In this document: piece by piece, positions 24,310 to 37,260 of the stretch
Layout: each line of letters starts with the position of its first letter
Position numbering within the stretch: position 1 is the stretch's first letter
DNA from: Tubiluchus corallicola
Taxonomy: Eukaryota; Animalia; Priapulida
Direction: 5' to 3'
Assembly (NCBI GenBank): GCA_030141605.1
Contig: JAQGDQ010000051.1
Location: 186,001 to 250,000 of the forward strand
DNA length: 64,000 bases
Program-made: the position numbers and the translations under genes
The notes under the pieces: model-generated
The model's database searches: none
Told to the model about the DNA's origin: nothing
Seen by the model: only the letters and a program-made list of their open reading frames with translations

Positions 24310-25869
24310 TCACTTATTTAAAAATCGTTTAAACGATACTGCTGATCTGTCTACTGAATCACCGTCAGAAATGTTAATAGGTTGTTGTGAAACTGTGAGA
24401 CGTTCGTGGTCGTGACATCGATGACTTCTACTTTTCCTAATAGAACCGTGACTAGGAGTTAACATCTGGTACTCACGAAGTAACTCTTCTCCTACTGGCA
24501 ATGACAAACTCTGTTTTCGAAGTGACACACGTGGATTTTCTGTAGAATTACGTCGTAGTATTGGTGTAGAACCGCGACCTGATGAACTACGACGCACAAA
24601 AAAGCTTCTAGGATCCGGGACAGTGAGACTATCTTGACGTTTTGGCTCTTTTTGCAATTTTTGCAGTCTACTTATGTGAGGTAGATGAGTTAAGTTTGCA
24701 GTTGAAAGTCGAGTTGGACTGGAAGGAGCTTCTATCTTAATTTCTATTGAACAGTTACTGCTTCCATCAGATCTGCCACGGTTGATTTGTTGATGTGGTT
24801 TACTTTTTTGTTTAGTGCAGTCACTTGTTTGTACATTAGGTAACAGTTTTCGGTTATTCGAGAATTCTGTTTCAGTATCCTCTACAGGTTTTTGCCGCTT
24901 TAATGGCGGTCTACCACACCTAGAACTTTGAGATATACTACTGATATTAGAACATATTGACGACATACTTGGCGAAGGTTTCATAGCTTCATTTGCTGAC
25001 AGCAAATTGTCCATGTTAAGTTCTTTCTCTTCATCAATTGTTACTGGTATTGGAGTTCTTGGCCTTTCTTCAGGATAGTGTACATCGGCAATGATGCTAT
25101 TTGACATCTCTAGTTCATTGTAGAACGAATTACTCGAACCATATTGTTTATTATGAGAGCAACAGGCAGCTGCATGCGGACAGTGCAAATAGCAGTGATC
25201 AAAAGATCTCGAGTAATTATAGTATGACATTACATTCTGTGATTGTCCTGACTCAAGAGAACTCTGTTCAGTCTTCATTCTTCGTAACATTTTTCGCTGA
25301 TCTTTCTTATTGATTTGATCAAGGCTTTCCAAGCAGGATTCTGATGGGAATTTCATTTCAAATGTATTGTTTTTCCTTGCACTTTCAAGATCTACCAATC
25401 CCAGAGGGATTTTAAGCAAAGTATCTGATATGACTGATCTTCTAGATTCTCTGGAGCACGAGCGGACATCGCTGCCCCTGTCTACCAAAATGTTGTAAGG
25501 TGTAGCCCTACCCTGAGGCCTTGTTGTAGTTCCTTTGCTATTTAGTGATGCAATACGATCTTTGGCTTCAAAAGCAGTCACATAAGCTGTCATAAGTACA
25601 AAACAACCAATGCCCATTATCATTGGACCAACATATGAAAGGTTATTGATATGTGTGTATCTGGTCTCAAAGAACACTGTTGTAGTTAAATTGCCATCTT
25701 GAATTACTTCTGTTGATAATTCTTTGGCATACCATGCTAGTGCTGCCATGGCTACACCTGAAAGTACTACAAAAAATCCCACTGCTACAGAACAGCAGGC
25801 AGCCCAAGAGAATACCACACCTTTATGGTTACTGTGCTGACTATGACGAACATGAGAAATTTCACTCAT
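24310..25869 (-). CDS. TMEM200-family (DUF2371) two-transmembrane protein with long Ser/Arg-rich cytoplasmic tail, 519 aa, single coding exon
   Basis: Uninterrupted 1560-nt ORF. TM1 (VAVGFFVVLSGVAMAALAWY) and TM2 (LSYVGPMIMGIGCFVLMTAYVTAFEAKDR) match the TMEM200 pattern LGP.xMGIGIF.FICAN..LHENRD. In-frame stop upstream of the ATG. Splice acceptor TTATTTTCAG at 26232 implies upstream non-coding exon(s). Confidence 0.85.
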   Translation of the reverse strand: MSEISHVRHSQHSNHKGVVFSWAACCSVAVGFFVVLSGVAMAALAWYAKELSTEVIQDGNLTTTVFFETRYTHINNLSYVGPMIMGIGCFVLMTAYVTAFEAKDRIASLNSKGTTTRPQGRATPYNILVDRGSDVRSCSRESRRSVISDTLLKIPLGLVDLESARKNNTFEMKFPSESCLESLDQINKKDQRKMLRRMKTEQSSLESGQSQNVMSYYNYSRSFDHCYLHCPHAAACCSHNKQYGSSNSFYNELEMSNSIIADVHYPEERPRTPIPVTIDEEKELNMDNLLSANEAMKPSPSMSSICSNISSISQSSRCGRPPLKRQKPVEDTETEFSNNRKLLPNVQTSDCTKQKSKPHQQINRGRSDGSSNCSIEIKIEAPSSPTRLSTANLTHLPHISRLQKLQKEPKRQDSLTVPDPRSFFVRRSSSGRGSTPILRRNSTENPRVSLRKQSLSLPVGEELLREYQMLTPSHGSIRKSRSHRCHDHERLTVSQQPINISDGDSVDRSAVSFKRFLNK

Positions 25870-27399
25870 TTTTAAGACACTGTGTCGATGTATTACAGTA
25901 ATATTATCCTTTGTGGTGTCATCGTTATGATATTATTACGCCTAGTATCCCCTCAGCTGTCTAGTAGTTTCTTGTTTGAGACGCCTGTTATTGCAGTAGT
26001 GTTCTTATGCGTTTATGTTTTTATCATTGCAGTTAAAATTTCGTGTGGTATCGACACAGTGGTACTCTTTTCATGTATAGCAGCATTCTAATGATAATCT
26101 CTTGACTTCATAGTGTCATCTCAAAGATGGTCCTATCTGTGATATCATATCAGTGGTAAACATATCATGTGATGTGTGTAGTGGGTTGCATGTGACGTTA
26201 TCTGCTATCACCTTTTACCTCCTCTTGTGTCCTGAAAATAAATAAGATAATGTCAAACAAACATTAAAATGTTTTTGCATTTTGCTCTTTTTTTAATAAT
26301 AGTCAATTTAATTTAGGGTGGTAGCTAGGCCTATATAATGCAGTGTTTGGCTTCTGCGTCCTCTAAGTTTATGAAAGCATCATAACACTTTGCGCATCGG
26401 TAATCAAATTTTTCAATGTTTATGACCAAATACATTATTTAGAAATACGTAAAAAAGATTCTAAACTATATCCCAATTATGATCTAGTGACGATGCTACA
26501 CGTCGTTTTTGCGATGTTTTATACCGCCTTCACATTTGTCTATTTTAGATGTTCTTTGTCAGACTGCAACTCTCATAAAAGTCGGTTTATGAAACCTGAC
26601 TGTACGTGTTAGAGTACATTAGCCAAGAAGAGAATTGAAACATTAAAGATTGATTCAGCATGTGCAGAGTAAATACAGATATTGTTGTTAAATAAACATA
26701 GTCTTTCAGGAAAGAAATTTTTCAAATATTGGATAGCTAATAGAGACATTCATCTTTACAAAGTGTTTGGAATGATAATATTCACAGTTCATTATATAGC
26801 AGCATGAATTCGCGTATACAATGGTTCAAAAATTACGATTTATTGATTTGCCTATCAAATATTTATTTTTATATAACGTCTCTGTTCGTGTGTGTGGGAT
26901 GAAGGTCATCACCAACAATACTAAACTTATATTGCATATCGATTTTTCACTAGAAATTCTACATTATTTTGACTTTTGCTTAATATATTTTTTATATTCA
27001 ACATTTTACTTAATACATAACATACCTTACAAAACCAAGGCATTTAATACAACAGTAATAATTACAAAATTTAACACGAAGTTGTTCAATCAATGCAATT
27101 AAATAACTAAACTAATACACAGTGACTACACTATGACAGTTTTGGTTTAATTTGTTTACTTCATTTATTCCAATATACGTTACAAATATAACCAATTTAA
27201 TGTTTGTTAATTTATGTTTTGTTTACGCCTTCTGCAGTAGGACTGTAGTTATGCCTCCCGCGGCAGTGGCGATGGTGTTTTTTACTGTCGCCCTCATCAT
27301 GATAATGGCGACAACGATACAACATGCAACATCCTGTTTCGATGCTTCGCTATCCCTGATAAAAATAGTTTAGTAACTGCCTACTTGTATTCGATTTTA

Positions 27400-28090
27400 G
27401 TAGAGTGTTGTACTTCAACTTGAAAAACTTATTTAATGAAAAGATATTGATTTGGATGAAAATGTTTAGCGGTATTTCATTCGCAGATTATTTGCAAGGT
27501 TCAATCTTGACAGTATATCATACCCTGACCAATTAGCATTTTTAAATCTTGAGCCAATTGAACTTCGTCGAATACAATGTGATCTGACACTGTGATGTGT
27601 TGTTCTATATTACAGAGTGCTATAGACTTACAGAGCACTTGGAGACAGACTCAGACAGTGCTATTGACAAAGATGTATTTTTCAGCAAAGCACCTTTATC
27701 TAATGTAACCAGGGGTCACTGCTTGAAGTTACAGCCCGCTGACTACCGACTTGATTTTTTAAGAACTTTTATTTTAAGAACTTTTTCTCAAACAGAACAA
27801 TTAGAATCTGGAATCGGCTCCCTGAGTCTGTCAGTAGTACCCACTTGATCTGTGCTCAGAGCAGCAATCTTTTTAAAAACGTTTAGAAGATGTAAATCTT
27901 AATAATCATTTATCTTTTAACAGGAATACGTAATTAGCCTTGGCTCTTTGTGCTTTTAAGCGTAATTTTTAACTAGCCATTTTTATCCGTAAAATTTATA
28001 TCTGTGCTGTATATACGTTTTATCCTAGTTTCATATTTTATACTTTCTTGTAAATGTTTTTTAATAAAGATTACGCATTAAACTAAACTA
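27400..28090 (+). mobile_element. 5'-truncated CR1/L2-group LINE 3' end, decayed
   Basis: Broken frames give ENV*RYF.RR, SYPDQLAFLNLEPIELRRIQCDL, TRGHCLKL, FFSNRTIRIWNRLPESV and FKKRLE, typical of the CR1 ORF2 C-terminus. AATAAA and a short AAACT tail follow. Confidence 0.8.
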
Positions 28091-29499
28091 GATAATGTTG
28101 GATAGCCTTTATACCTGCTACATTATCGCTAGGCCGTTAAAACATAAGACAAACTGGCTCTTTGACTGATGGAGTAAACTGAAATAGATTGCGAGGAGTC
28201 TCAAAAGAATAAACGTGTTAATGCTACGGCTGCGCAGTATCCGTAGAAGCAATGCATTTTCCCGATGATGCGTATTCAGTGTCCTGGGAGAATCAAGACT
28301 GTAATGAAACAGATTACGGTTATGCATCTTCCATTATGCATCTTCCTGAAGTATAGGCTTGCGTCGCGTGTAATGTTCACCTGGGTGTCTCTTGTATATA
28401 AAATCTTGTATGCCGCACGATATTTATAATTAAAGACAATATTAGTATGTACGCATGCGTACTGTGATGAAGCTTAGATCCACATTCAAGAATCGGCAAA
28501 GTGTCGTTATACCAAACATTCGCCAAAAAGCTTGATGAGGAACGTGTTTGGAAAATCAGTTTTGTATTAAGAAAGCTCAGTAAATCAGATTAACGTCCGC
28601 CAGATGTTTCGTCTACTATTATGGTTTCAACGAAGCAGAAGCAGTTCATCATCTGCTACGGAACTTAAGAAGCCAAGAGATCTTTTGCTAAAAAGACCTT
28701 GACTGTTTAGCTAATCAGTATACAAAATTTTTGAATTAAAAGCACGTATTTAATTTAAGTGGATTGCAGAAGTTTACATTTTGGAATTTAAGGGCGGAAT
28801 ATAAGTGTCCCAAAGGGAAGTTGTTGTACTAAGATAAAAATACCAGCTGAGCAGAAAATGAGGGAAACGTACAACTTCATTATAATACTACAACGTACTT
28901 GTGAAGAAAACGTAAAAGCAGTAGTTGAAAGATATTCAACTCCACTACGTAGGCGACCTTCAAGATGTAGAGGAATTTGAGAAAACTGGCATTTCGCCCC
29001 CGTAACAATATCATTTGGTAGTATTATATAGAACCTTTTGAAAATTGTTTGCACATAATCTTGACTCATAGCTCTGCCACTATAATGTAATTAATGGGTG
29101 CAGGTGTTAAGGTCCAGTAGAGTGAAGGTAAAAGAAGATGGAAATGATAATGGAGAGTGCAAGAGAAGGGAATTAGTAATGATGTATATGAGAATGCATA
29201 TGAGATTGTTATTTAGGACATCACAAATACAATGTTGTTTTGTTTTCAGAAACAAATAAGTAGAGTTATAGTAGCAGTGAATGAGTGCGTGCGACACATA
29301 CAATGTATGCTTATACAACACATACAATATATTTATTTTATATATTATATATTTAATTTATATATATTAAATATATAGTATTTAATGTGTTATAGTGGCA
29401 TTAAATTTATTGGGTAGATATAGTGGATAAAATATAATAGTGGATTTAATATATTTAATATATAAAATTTTAATATAAATCGAAAAACTAATTTTTCCA

Positions 29500-30250
29500 T
29501 CTTTTCTTGAACTTGGTAACGAGAAAATTGACTTAATATTAGCCAGCAATTTGTTCGACATGACAGGACCAACAAATAAAACGAAATGTTTTTCAACGTT
29601 AGTCCTTCACAGAACAACTTGATACTCATTAAATCTTGAATTGTAGTGTTTCTGATTAAGATTCACAGGATTGACAAAAATAGAGAGCAAAATTTATAGT
29701 CGGTTTTGCGCATGAACATGCTTACATTATGTTTAATTAAGTTATCTATGGTCACTTGCCTAAATTCTTTGAGAATGCGAGTTAGAAAGAGATGCGAATT
29801 TAGCTAAACCGCTAAATGAAAGAAGCGAGCAAACTTACGTTGAAGAGCACTGACAGAATCGAAGTTCGGTGGATGTGATATGTCTCATAAAATGCAAGCA
29901 TAGTTTAATTATGGCATGACTAAACAATTATATAGAAATCTTAAATGAAATATTTGAATATTTGAGAAAGATTATTTTTGATAAAGGAAATGATTCCAAC
30001 ATTCTTAGCTATTTTGAGGTAATCATATTAATGTGAGGGTTCCAGTCTATATTTTTATATGATGCCTAGTAATTTTATTTGTTTAAACTGTTCAATAGAG
30101 AGATCATCAAAGCTGGAGCGAAACATAATACATTTTAGTTTTGTCTGCATCAAGAGAAAGTTTATTTGCCTTGAACAATGTAGATAAGTCATCCAAAATA
30201 ATATTCGTTTTATTTGCGGAAAAGTGATCAAAGTCTTAAAAGATTGTCTT
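29500..30250 (+). mobile_element. Possible highly decayed DNA transposase remnant (hAT-like C-terminus)
   Basis: AACTGTTCAATAGAGAGATCATCAAAGCTG (NCSIERS.KL) resembles the hAT dimerisation motif S.ERSFS.L. The surrounding frames are broken. Confidence 0.25.
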
Positions 30251-31051
30251 ATCGTCTGCAGACTGCGTTAATTTTTTGATGCAGTCATTCTTATTGTTGT
30301 TGTTATTACTGCACTCGTCAACTTGCTGCCAATAGACTTGATTATTTCTGTAAACTTGCTATGCATTTTAATCCGCCACTGCAGTTATCTATTTAGTACT
30401 AATTGAATTAACGCCTTTGCATGATTCCAACAGTATCAGCTGTTCAGACATAGTTAGCTTTGCATTTTGACTTTAAAGCCGGCAGTATGCACCTTAAGCT
30501 GCTAAAGCTTAGATGTTTGTGTGTATTCGCATTCTCATTTAAGAACCAATATGTCTCCTACAGTGATCAAATTTCCTTTTCAATTATTTACACTTGTTAT
30601 ATTAAGTAGAAATCTTGTTATAACCTATAGCGTGGGAATATCTAGATTTATTTTCAATTAAGTAGCGGCAGGCGTCATATAATACCGTAAATACAATAAT
30701 TATAGCATTAATGACTATTATAGTAGAGTAGATTTGCTGTTTAATTTATGCTGTTTAGCCTTGTGTGTTATTCTACATGATAGAAGAGTTTTTCTTGTGT
30801 GGGGAGAGCGGGCAAGTACTGAGAAAATGTAATTGAAGAAACTTCAGCTTGTATGAACCGAATCTGAACAAAATGGTGAAAATAATAACCACTTATAGTA
30901 CCAGTACTTTCCCAAATTAGCTGGCTAATAACGATATCATTAATTAATTATGACTGTGATTGCCAGAATTTTTATAAACCATTGTTATCTATTTTACCAA
31001 TTATTACCAATTACGGGTAATAAGTTGGAGAAATGAAACACTGAAAAATTG

Positions 31052-31118
31052 TGGAGTAGTTGGGATTTGAACCCGAGTACTGGGATTAGTACTCCACTGC
31101 TCTATCATCTACCAGCCC
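31052..31118 (-). mobile_element. tRNA-derived SINE head / tRNA pseudogene
   Basis: Minus strand GGGCTGGTAGATGATAGAGCAGTGGAGTACTAATCCCAGTACTCGGGTTCAAATCCCAACTACTCCA contains B-box GGTTCAAATCC; acceptor stem not paired. Confidence 0.55.
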
Positions 31119-33096
31119 AACACGACAGAGCAGGCCCTAGATTTTAACTTTGTAGCTCACAATCTGTTATGTGAGGTAAACAAACTGTCATTAAGAACAA
31201 CAACTCAGGCAAGTACTTGACATCCCATCTTAGGCTGTTATTGAGCGCAGACGTGCAAGTGAACAATTGAGAAACAGGTTAAAGGAATGTTACTTTATAA
31301 TGTTCTCTTTTCTTGTCACTAGATGTCACGACGTGATGCAAGATTTACTTTGAACAGCCCTGTTCGCATCTCCTAAAACTATTACTGAACTAACTATTGT
31401 TTAATCAAATGCGATAAGTCTGGTTTGCGTCTACTGTTAAAAGCTTAGACTAGAGTGATGACTATATCCTAAGTACATTTATGAATAATTCACATTTAAA
31501 TTCATAACGACGGCTATTTGCTTACTAATCGTAACAGTTGTTTCACTAATTCAAATTACTTAATTCAAATCAATTAACTCAATATGCTAACGTCTTCTTA
31601 TTCATCTCTTTGATCGCTGGACGCTGTCCAGCTAGGATGCTTGCTGTTGAGCATACTGAAAAATGCAAAGATTTCTGTTTATTGCAAAAAGCCCACCTTT
31701 GAAAAACACGCGTGCTATTTCAACAAAATCATGCTAGGGTCTGGGCACGATGTGCATTAACGCGTCTTAACGCATCTTCCTCGCTTCTTGTGCAAACGAC
31801 AAACACGTTTTTTCTAAATTCTTGCAACTGAAGTTTGCAATAAAAACAGTTTTTTTCGTGTTTTAATAATTTCAAATAAAGTAAATATTACTAAAATATC
31901 GCTGGCTGGCTTAGATCAGTATTGACAGAAAATAGTCATCTATTAGAAGTTACAGCTGTTGGCGTGTCTACATTATTAATGCAATAAAGTTACGTTTATG
32001 TCTGCTCTGTGGCTAACACATTAATGTTTCGGATGAGCCACAACGACACAACAGAGACCACAGTGCTAACAAAATGCTCGTAATTTACGTGAGGCTTTCT
32101 TAGTGTTTGCCGTATTAATACAATTAGGTCTCTCGCGGGGACGCAAAGCAAGCCAGAATTCTACAGAAAGCCAGCCGTATGGCACGATATATCGACACAT
32201 CTGCAACACGAAAAATTACTAATGTGCAAAAAATTACAACTAAAGGTTATAGGTGTGCATTAAATGCTTTCCAAACGTTTCAAACGTCTAAGAAGCGTTC
32301 AATAAAAATGTAGAATTTCGCAGCGTAAAGCAGTTGTTTACCTAAAATGTGGCATGCAACCCACTATGGCTATTATAAAAATAAACATACATGCTTATAT
32401 TTGTTTACCTTACAACGCAAAGCACTAGGAAATAGTTTTAACCGTTTATAATAGTTAAACTATCATTGTTTGTAATATGTACCATAGGTAGCAAATAGCA
32501 CGTAAAAAGTATTTGGTAAACCGAAAGAACAAATAACAGATTGAATTTTATATATGGAAGCGGGTTCAGTAATAGTTCTACAAGTTTAGTAATTAGTAAT
32601 GAAATCAGCTTTGTTTTTAATTTATCTAAATGGTACTGATATGGCAAGATTCTCAAAGTTACGAAGTAAACTTAACTATGTACCAAAGTTAATTAACCAC
32701 GCAGTTAATGCCGAAGTGTAAAGTGGAAAATTGCTTATAGAAAAATATTCGGTTCCAGACAAAAATGAGTGTCAAATTGAATTTTTTGAAAAAAAATGAA
32801 ACAGTCTAGCACATTGAGAATTCAAAAGCTATTCTACTATGTAAATAACAGTCAAGTAAATTTAAGATTAAAATACGGTTGTGCTGTAGTCTAAAAGAAA
32901 AAAGGTAAAGTAAAGGTAAAGGATTCATATAAAAATTATGTTTTAAGATACCAGATTATTGCAACACCGTATATTGTAATACAATTATATGAGTACTGAA
33001 ATGAGTGTGGATATTACAGTCGAGTTTCTGTAGATATGTTACTTTACTAACATCCTGTTGTCTTTGTAAGCTGTATATATTTATGCGAAATAAACT

Positions 33097-33248
<152 letters not shown>

Positions 33249-36200
33249 ACATTCTTTAAAAGATCTCGCCTAACTGAAGCTTGTAGGCTACCCTCACTAT
33301 TTTGAAGATACTTGTACTAAACTACTTAAGTGCACAACACGGAGCTACTTAAATGACAGCAGAAATTAAGCATCTACTTATTTTTCAGCTTGGACTGCAA
33401 ACGTTGAGCAGGTGTTGATCTGATACAAGCATTCAAATTTATAGAAAAAATTCTTAGTGTTACTAGTGAGATTTTTTTACCTTCAGAGTTTTTACCTTTA
33501 CCTAATCAAACAGTAGACGAGAGTTTAATATGCAATTATCTAGAAAATCATTTAATAAGGGCTAAGGCAAAGTGCTCCTAAATATTTGTGGTTAGCATAT
33601 GATTTTTATTTGGCGGATCACTTAACTGTATTTTTTTCTTTAATATGTCTTTAGTATAGGCATGTAAGTACAAAAAATAAAGAATTTTACTATATACTAC
33701 TATGTCTGTTACATTAACTGATGACGATAATTATGTACATGACTCGATTCGTTCCTAGGGAATCTCTGTATATGGTCGGTAGTTTGCAAGACTACAACTT
33801 GTGCATTCAACGCAATTGGGGCAAAAGCGAAGACACAAGCCCGATTACTGAAACAAAAGCTTGCCATCATAAGCAACGTGAAACTAATGGTGCCAGAACT
33901 GTTTATTTCCTGTGTTGAATTTGATAAGCTTCCTGATCTGATTGCTCAATGGTTTCAACAGCTTTGGATATTGTTTCTCGCCTCGGTACTATTTCAGAAA
34001 ATGTATTTTCTCCTATTATGAACGGGATTTTTGAAACTTTATGCGATACTTTACAATGTCTTTGAGAACGAAATCCTTGCCCTTCCTTTCCATTTGACAA
34101 CTGACTATAAAGTATTGATTACGAAAATTTCCAGGACACAGAACCCTACCTCAATGCAAAATCAAAATAAGTAAGACAAATTAATTATCATTAGTTTTTG
34201 AAATGCTACATTACAAAAGTTAAACTGTCAGGTTCTTTCTATATACATGCGTAACGAACATGCCAAATTGATCAATATAGAGAGTAAAGCCCTAACCAAA
34301 CCAAATCTAATCTAACCTGCCATAGCTATTAGACATAGATTGCGGACTAAGGCTTACGTCACGTTCTTATGACTACTGGCGTACGACAAGCCTAGTGAGG
34401 CGTAAGTGCAACTCATGCAGCCATCTTTGAGTGTGCGTACGTTCAATTCAGGTAAGATCACAAGTCCACAGCTACGATGGATTCAGGTGTCACACTTTGG
34501 CTTTGCGTACGACATGTACCTGAATAGCACCTAAATCTCACCTTGGCGCAAGTAGGCGTTTATCACGTTTAACCAGTCGAGGCTGTTGTCAGCTGTGAGC
34601 AACCAGAGTCCTCTCACCAAAACACTGTCTTCATTAGTCACGGCATATGCAAGATGACAATCTCTTCATTGAGCTCACAAGTGGCAAAAGGCCACGCTTA
34701 AATAAACAAGAAACAAAATCAAATCGAAAACCAAGCCCAGCAGTATTCCCACTGGCATCGGACAAGCTATAATGGAATCCAGCATTTGAAGCTGAAAAAG
34801 GGCAGGAGAAAACTGGCAACCGGCAAAATCGACATTCGACAAACCGAACTGCACCACCAAAAGCCATTTCGAACGCCGACTGGGTCAAAGTACGTTTCAT
34901 GCTAGAATTGATCTCATGAATGATCAACGTAACAATCAAAGAACAGGAACGACACTGGAATTTGAATTCTCGGGCAAGAAAAAAAGCTTAAAAATGTATT
35001 TACCACATACGTTTGCAAATACGTTGAACCATGACATTCACACATTCCCCAAATTGACACTGGCAGTATATAAAAGTGAACATTTATTTTATTATTATTT
35101 TAACTGAAATTTATTCAGCATTCTATAAAATGACTAGGAAAGATACATCAATTACCTAAGAACTAAACACTTTGTCACGACAAACTGTTGTATTATCCAT
35201 AATACCTAGGAAACATGTAGAAAGAACTATTTTAGAACTTTATCTGGTTTGTTTGGGCACTTCATGAAATGCTTAGGGATTTTATAGAATAATCGGTTTC
35301 ACACTTTACTGTAGCATATCTACTGCCCAACTGCTTTATTATTATTATGTATTAGCTTAGCATATGATAAACAGAGACAACCTGTTTTCAAATTTGACTG
35401 AAATTTTTGTGTCATGAAGTGCTTGTATACAGAAACGTAATAATGGCAGTGGACCACTAGACGTGCTCATAGTGAGTGAATAAGATCAGGTTGACTGTAC
35501 TAATATTGAATCAAGTACTGATGGAACGAACAAACGTTTACTAAATTTTGAAACCAAACTCGCACAAAACGTGAAAAGTCAGGCTAGAACCTGTATATAT
35601 GAACTCTTTGCTTACAAAAAAACATCTCAACCATTATTTACGCACCGTGTAAGCGAAAGGTGTTTACGGTTCTAATCCAGGCTGGCTGTCTTCACATTTC
35701 GCTTCTTTCATACAAGTTTACTTTCAAAATTTAATAGTTTAATAATATTATTTCCATCATTAGTCATAATAATCTTGAAATTAAGATTATGAATAGTTAA
35801 CTGGCATTAGTGAGAGCTGTAGATAATATGTGTTTTAAAATTCGGAATACAAATGCTGACACAGTAATGCCAAGAGTGGTCGAGATCATATGGCATATCC
35901 GAATCTTTCTTAGCGTACCTGAATTGATAGTGTGTAGTGCCTGTTAAGTGCTCGTAGCGCGTCGCGCATTGTACCTCAATCTACAGCCATGGCCTTAAAT
36001 AAGAGCTACTCTCTAGGTCAAATCTAGTGGCAAATTATACGTCCACCTTGACTGCATTTGTGAAACTCATTAGAACTTAGAACATATTTAGTATAATCGT
36101 AAATTACGTAAGATAAAACCCTGATTTTCTTCACTGACATAGCTATAAACTGTCTCTGTAGTGATTTCTGCAGGGCAAATTATTGACTGACGTATTGTAG

Positions 36201-36321
36201 GTTTTCGCTCCATCTGACTCATCGTTGCACAGAAAGAAAACGCGAAGATTGCGGATTTGCCTATCTATCTTAGTGTTTTTAGCTAACCAGGGTTTTCTTT
36301 AATTACAAGTTTTAAGAAACT

Positions 36322-36367
36322 TAACAACAACAACATAAGAACAACAACAACAACAAATCAATAAACG

Positions 36368-36413
<46 letters not shown>

Positions 36414-36461
36414 CGACAACAATAACAACAACAAAACAACAACAACAACAACAGCAACAAC
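36322..36461 (+). repeat. (AAC)n microsatellite
   Basis: Directly visible, imperfect. Confidence 0.95.
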
Positions 36462-37090
36462 TTTCGTTACTCGTGGAAATTTTTCTTATGTAAACATGAA
36501 AGTAAATCGATCTTTTCATTATAATAATGAGGGTTTCGCTGATTTGGACGGCAATGTTTCTTTTTAAGTGCTCACAGCTCTGAGCAATTTCTCAAGAGTA
36601 ATATTTGCCTTGCATTTTGCTATGATGCCCGAGAGGATATTTTTGTGACTGACACGAGAAAGAGCGATTTACAGCACAGTTCGCTAAACCCGTGCATGCA
36701 AGCTATTTCTGCATATTATAAATAATTAATTTCGTGCTAAGTGCATGTGCTAGGAGAAATATTGCAAACCTATCGTGACTACAGTCAAAGTAATATTTTG
36801 TTTCAGGAGATCGCACTGTCTTCTCGTAAAAAATAAAACAATTTTGAAGCAAAATGCACTGTCAAACCCTGGATACTGCGCCTGAAGGAGCTGGAGCTGA
36901 CTGTAGCCATTGTACTGTAACTAGTTCCACATCAGATATCAAATAGCTCCATACCAGGTATCAAATCAGCAATCGAACATTTTCTATGAACTCATATACG
37001 TATTATATTCATTTATTTACATTGTTTGTATGAGTTGCAGGTCAAGCTTTGCTTAATATGACGTCATTAGCTGGTTTAGGGTTTATCTGC

Positions 37091-37260
<170 letters not shown>

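Noticed and set aside
31052-31118. Functional tRNA gene
   Set aside because: B-box present but acceptor and D stems do not pair; better explained as a SINE head or pseudogene, like 18305-18384 and 46951-47035.
34634-34990. GC-richer coding-like stretch
   Set aside because: No recognisable protein motif or splice context; likely a TE remnant.
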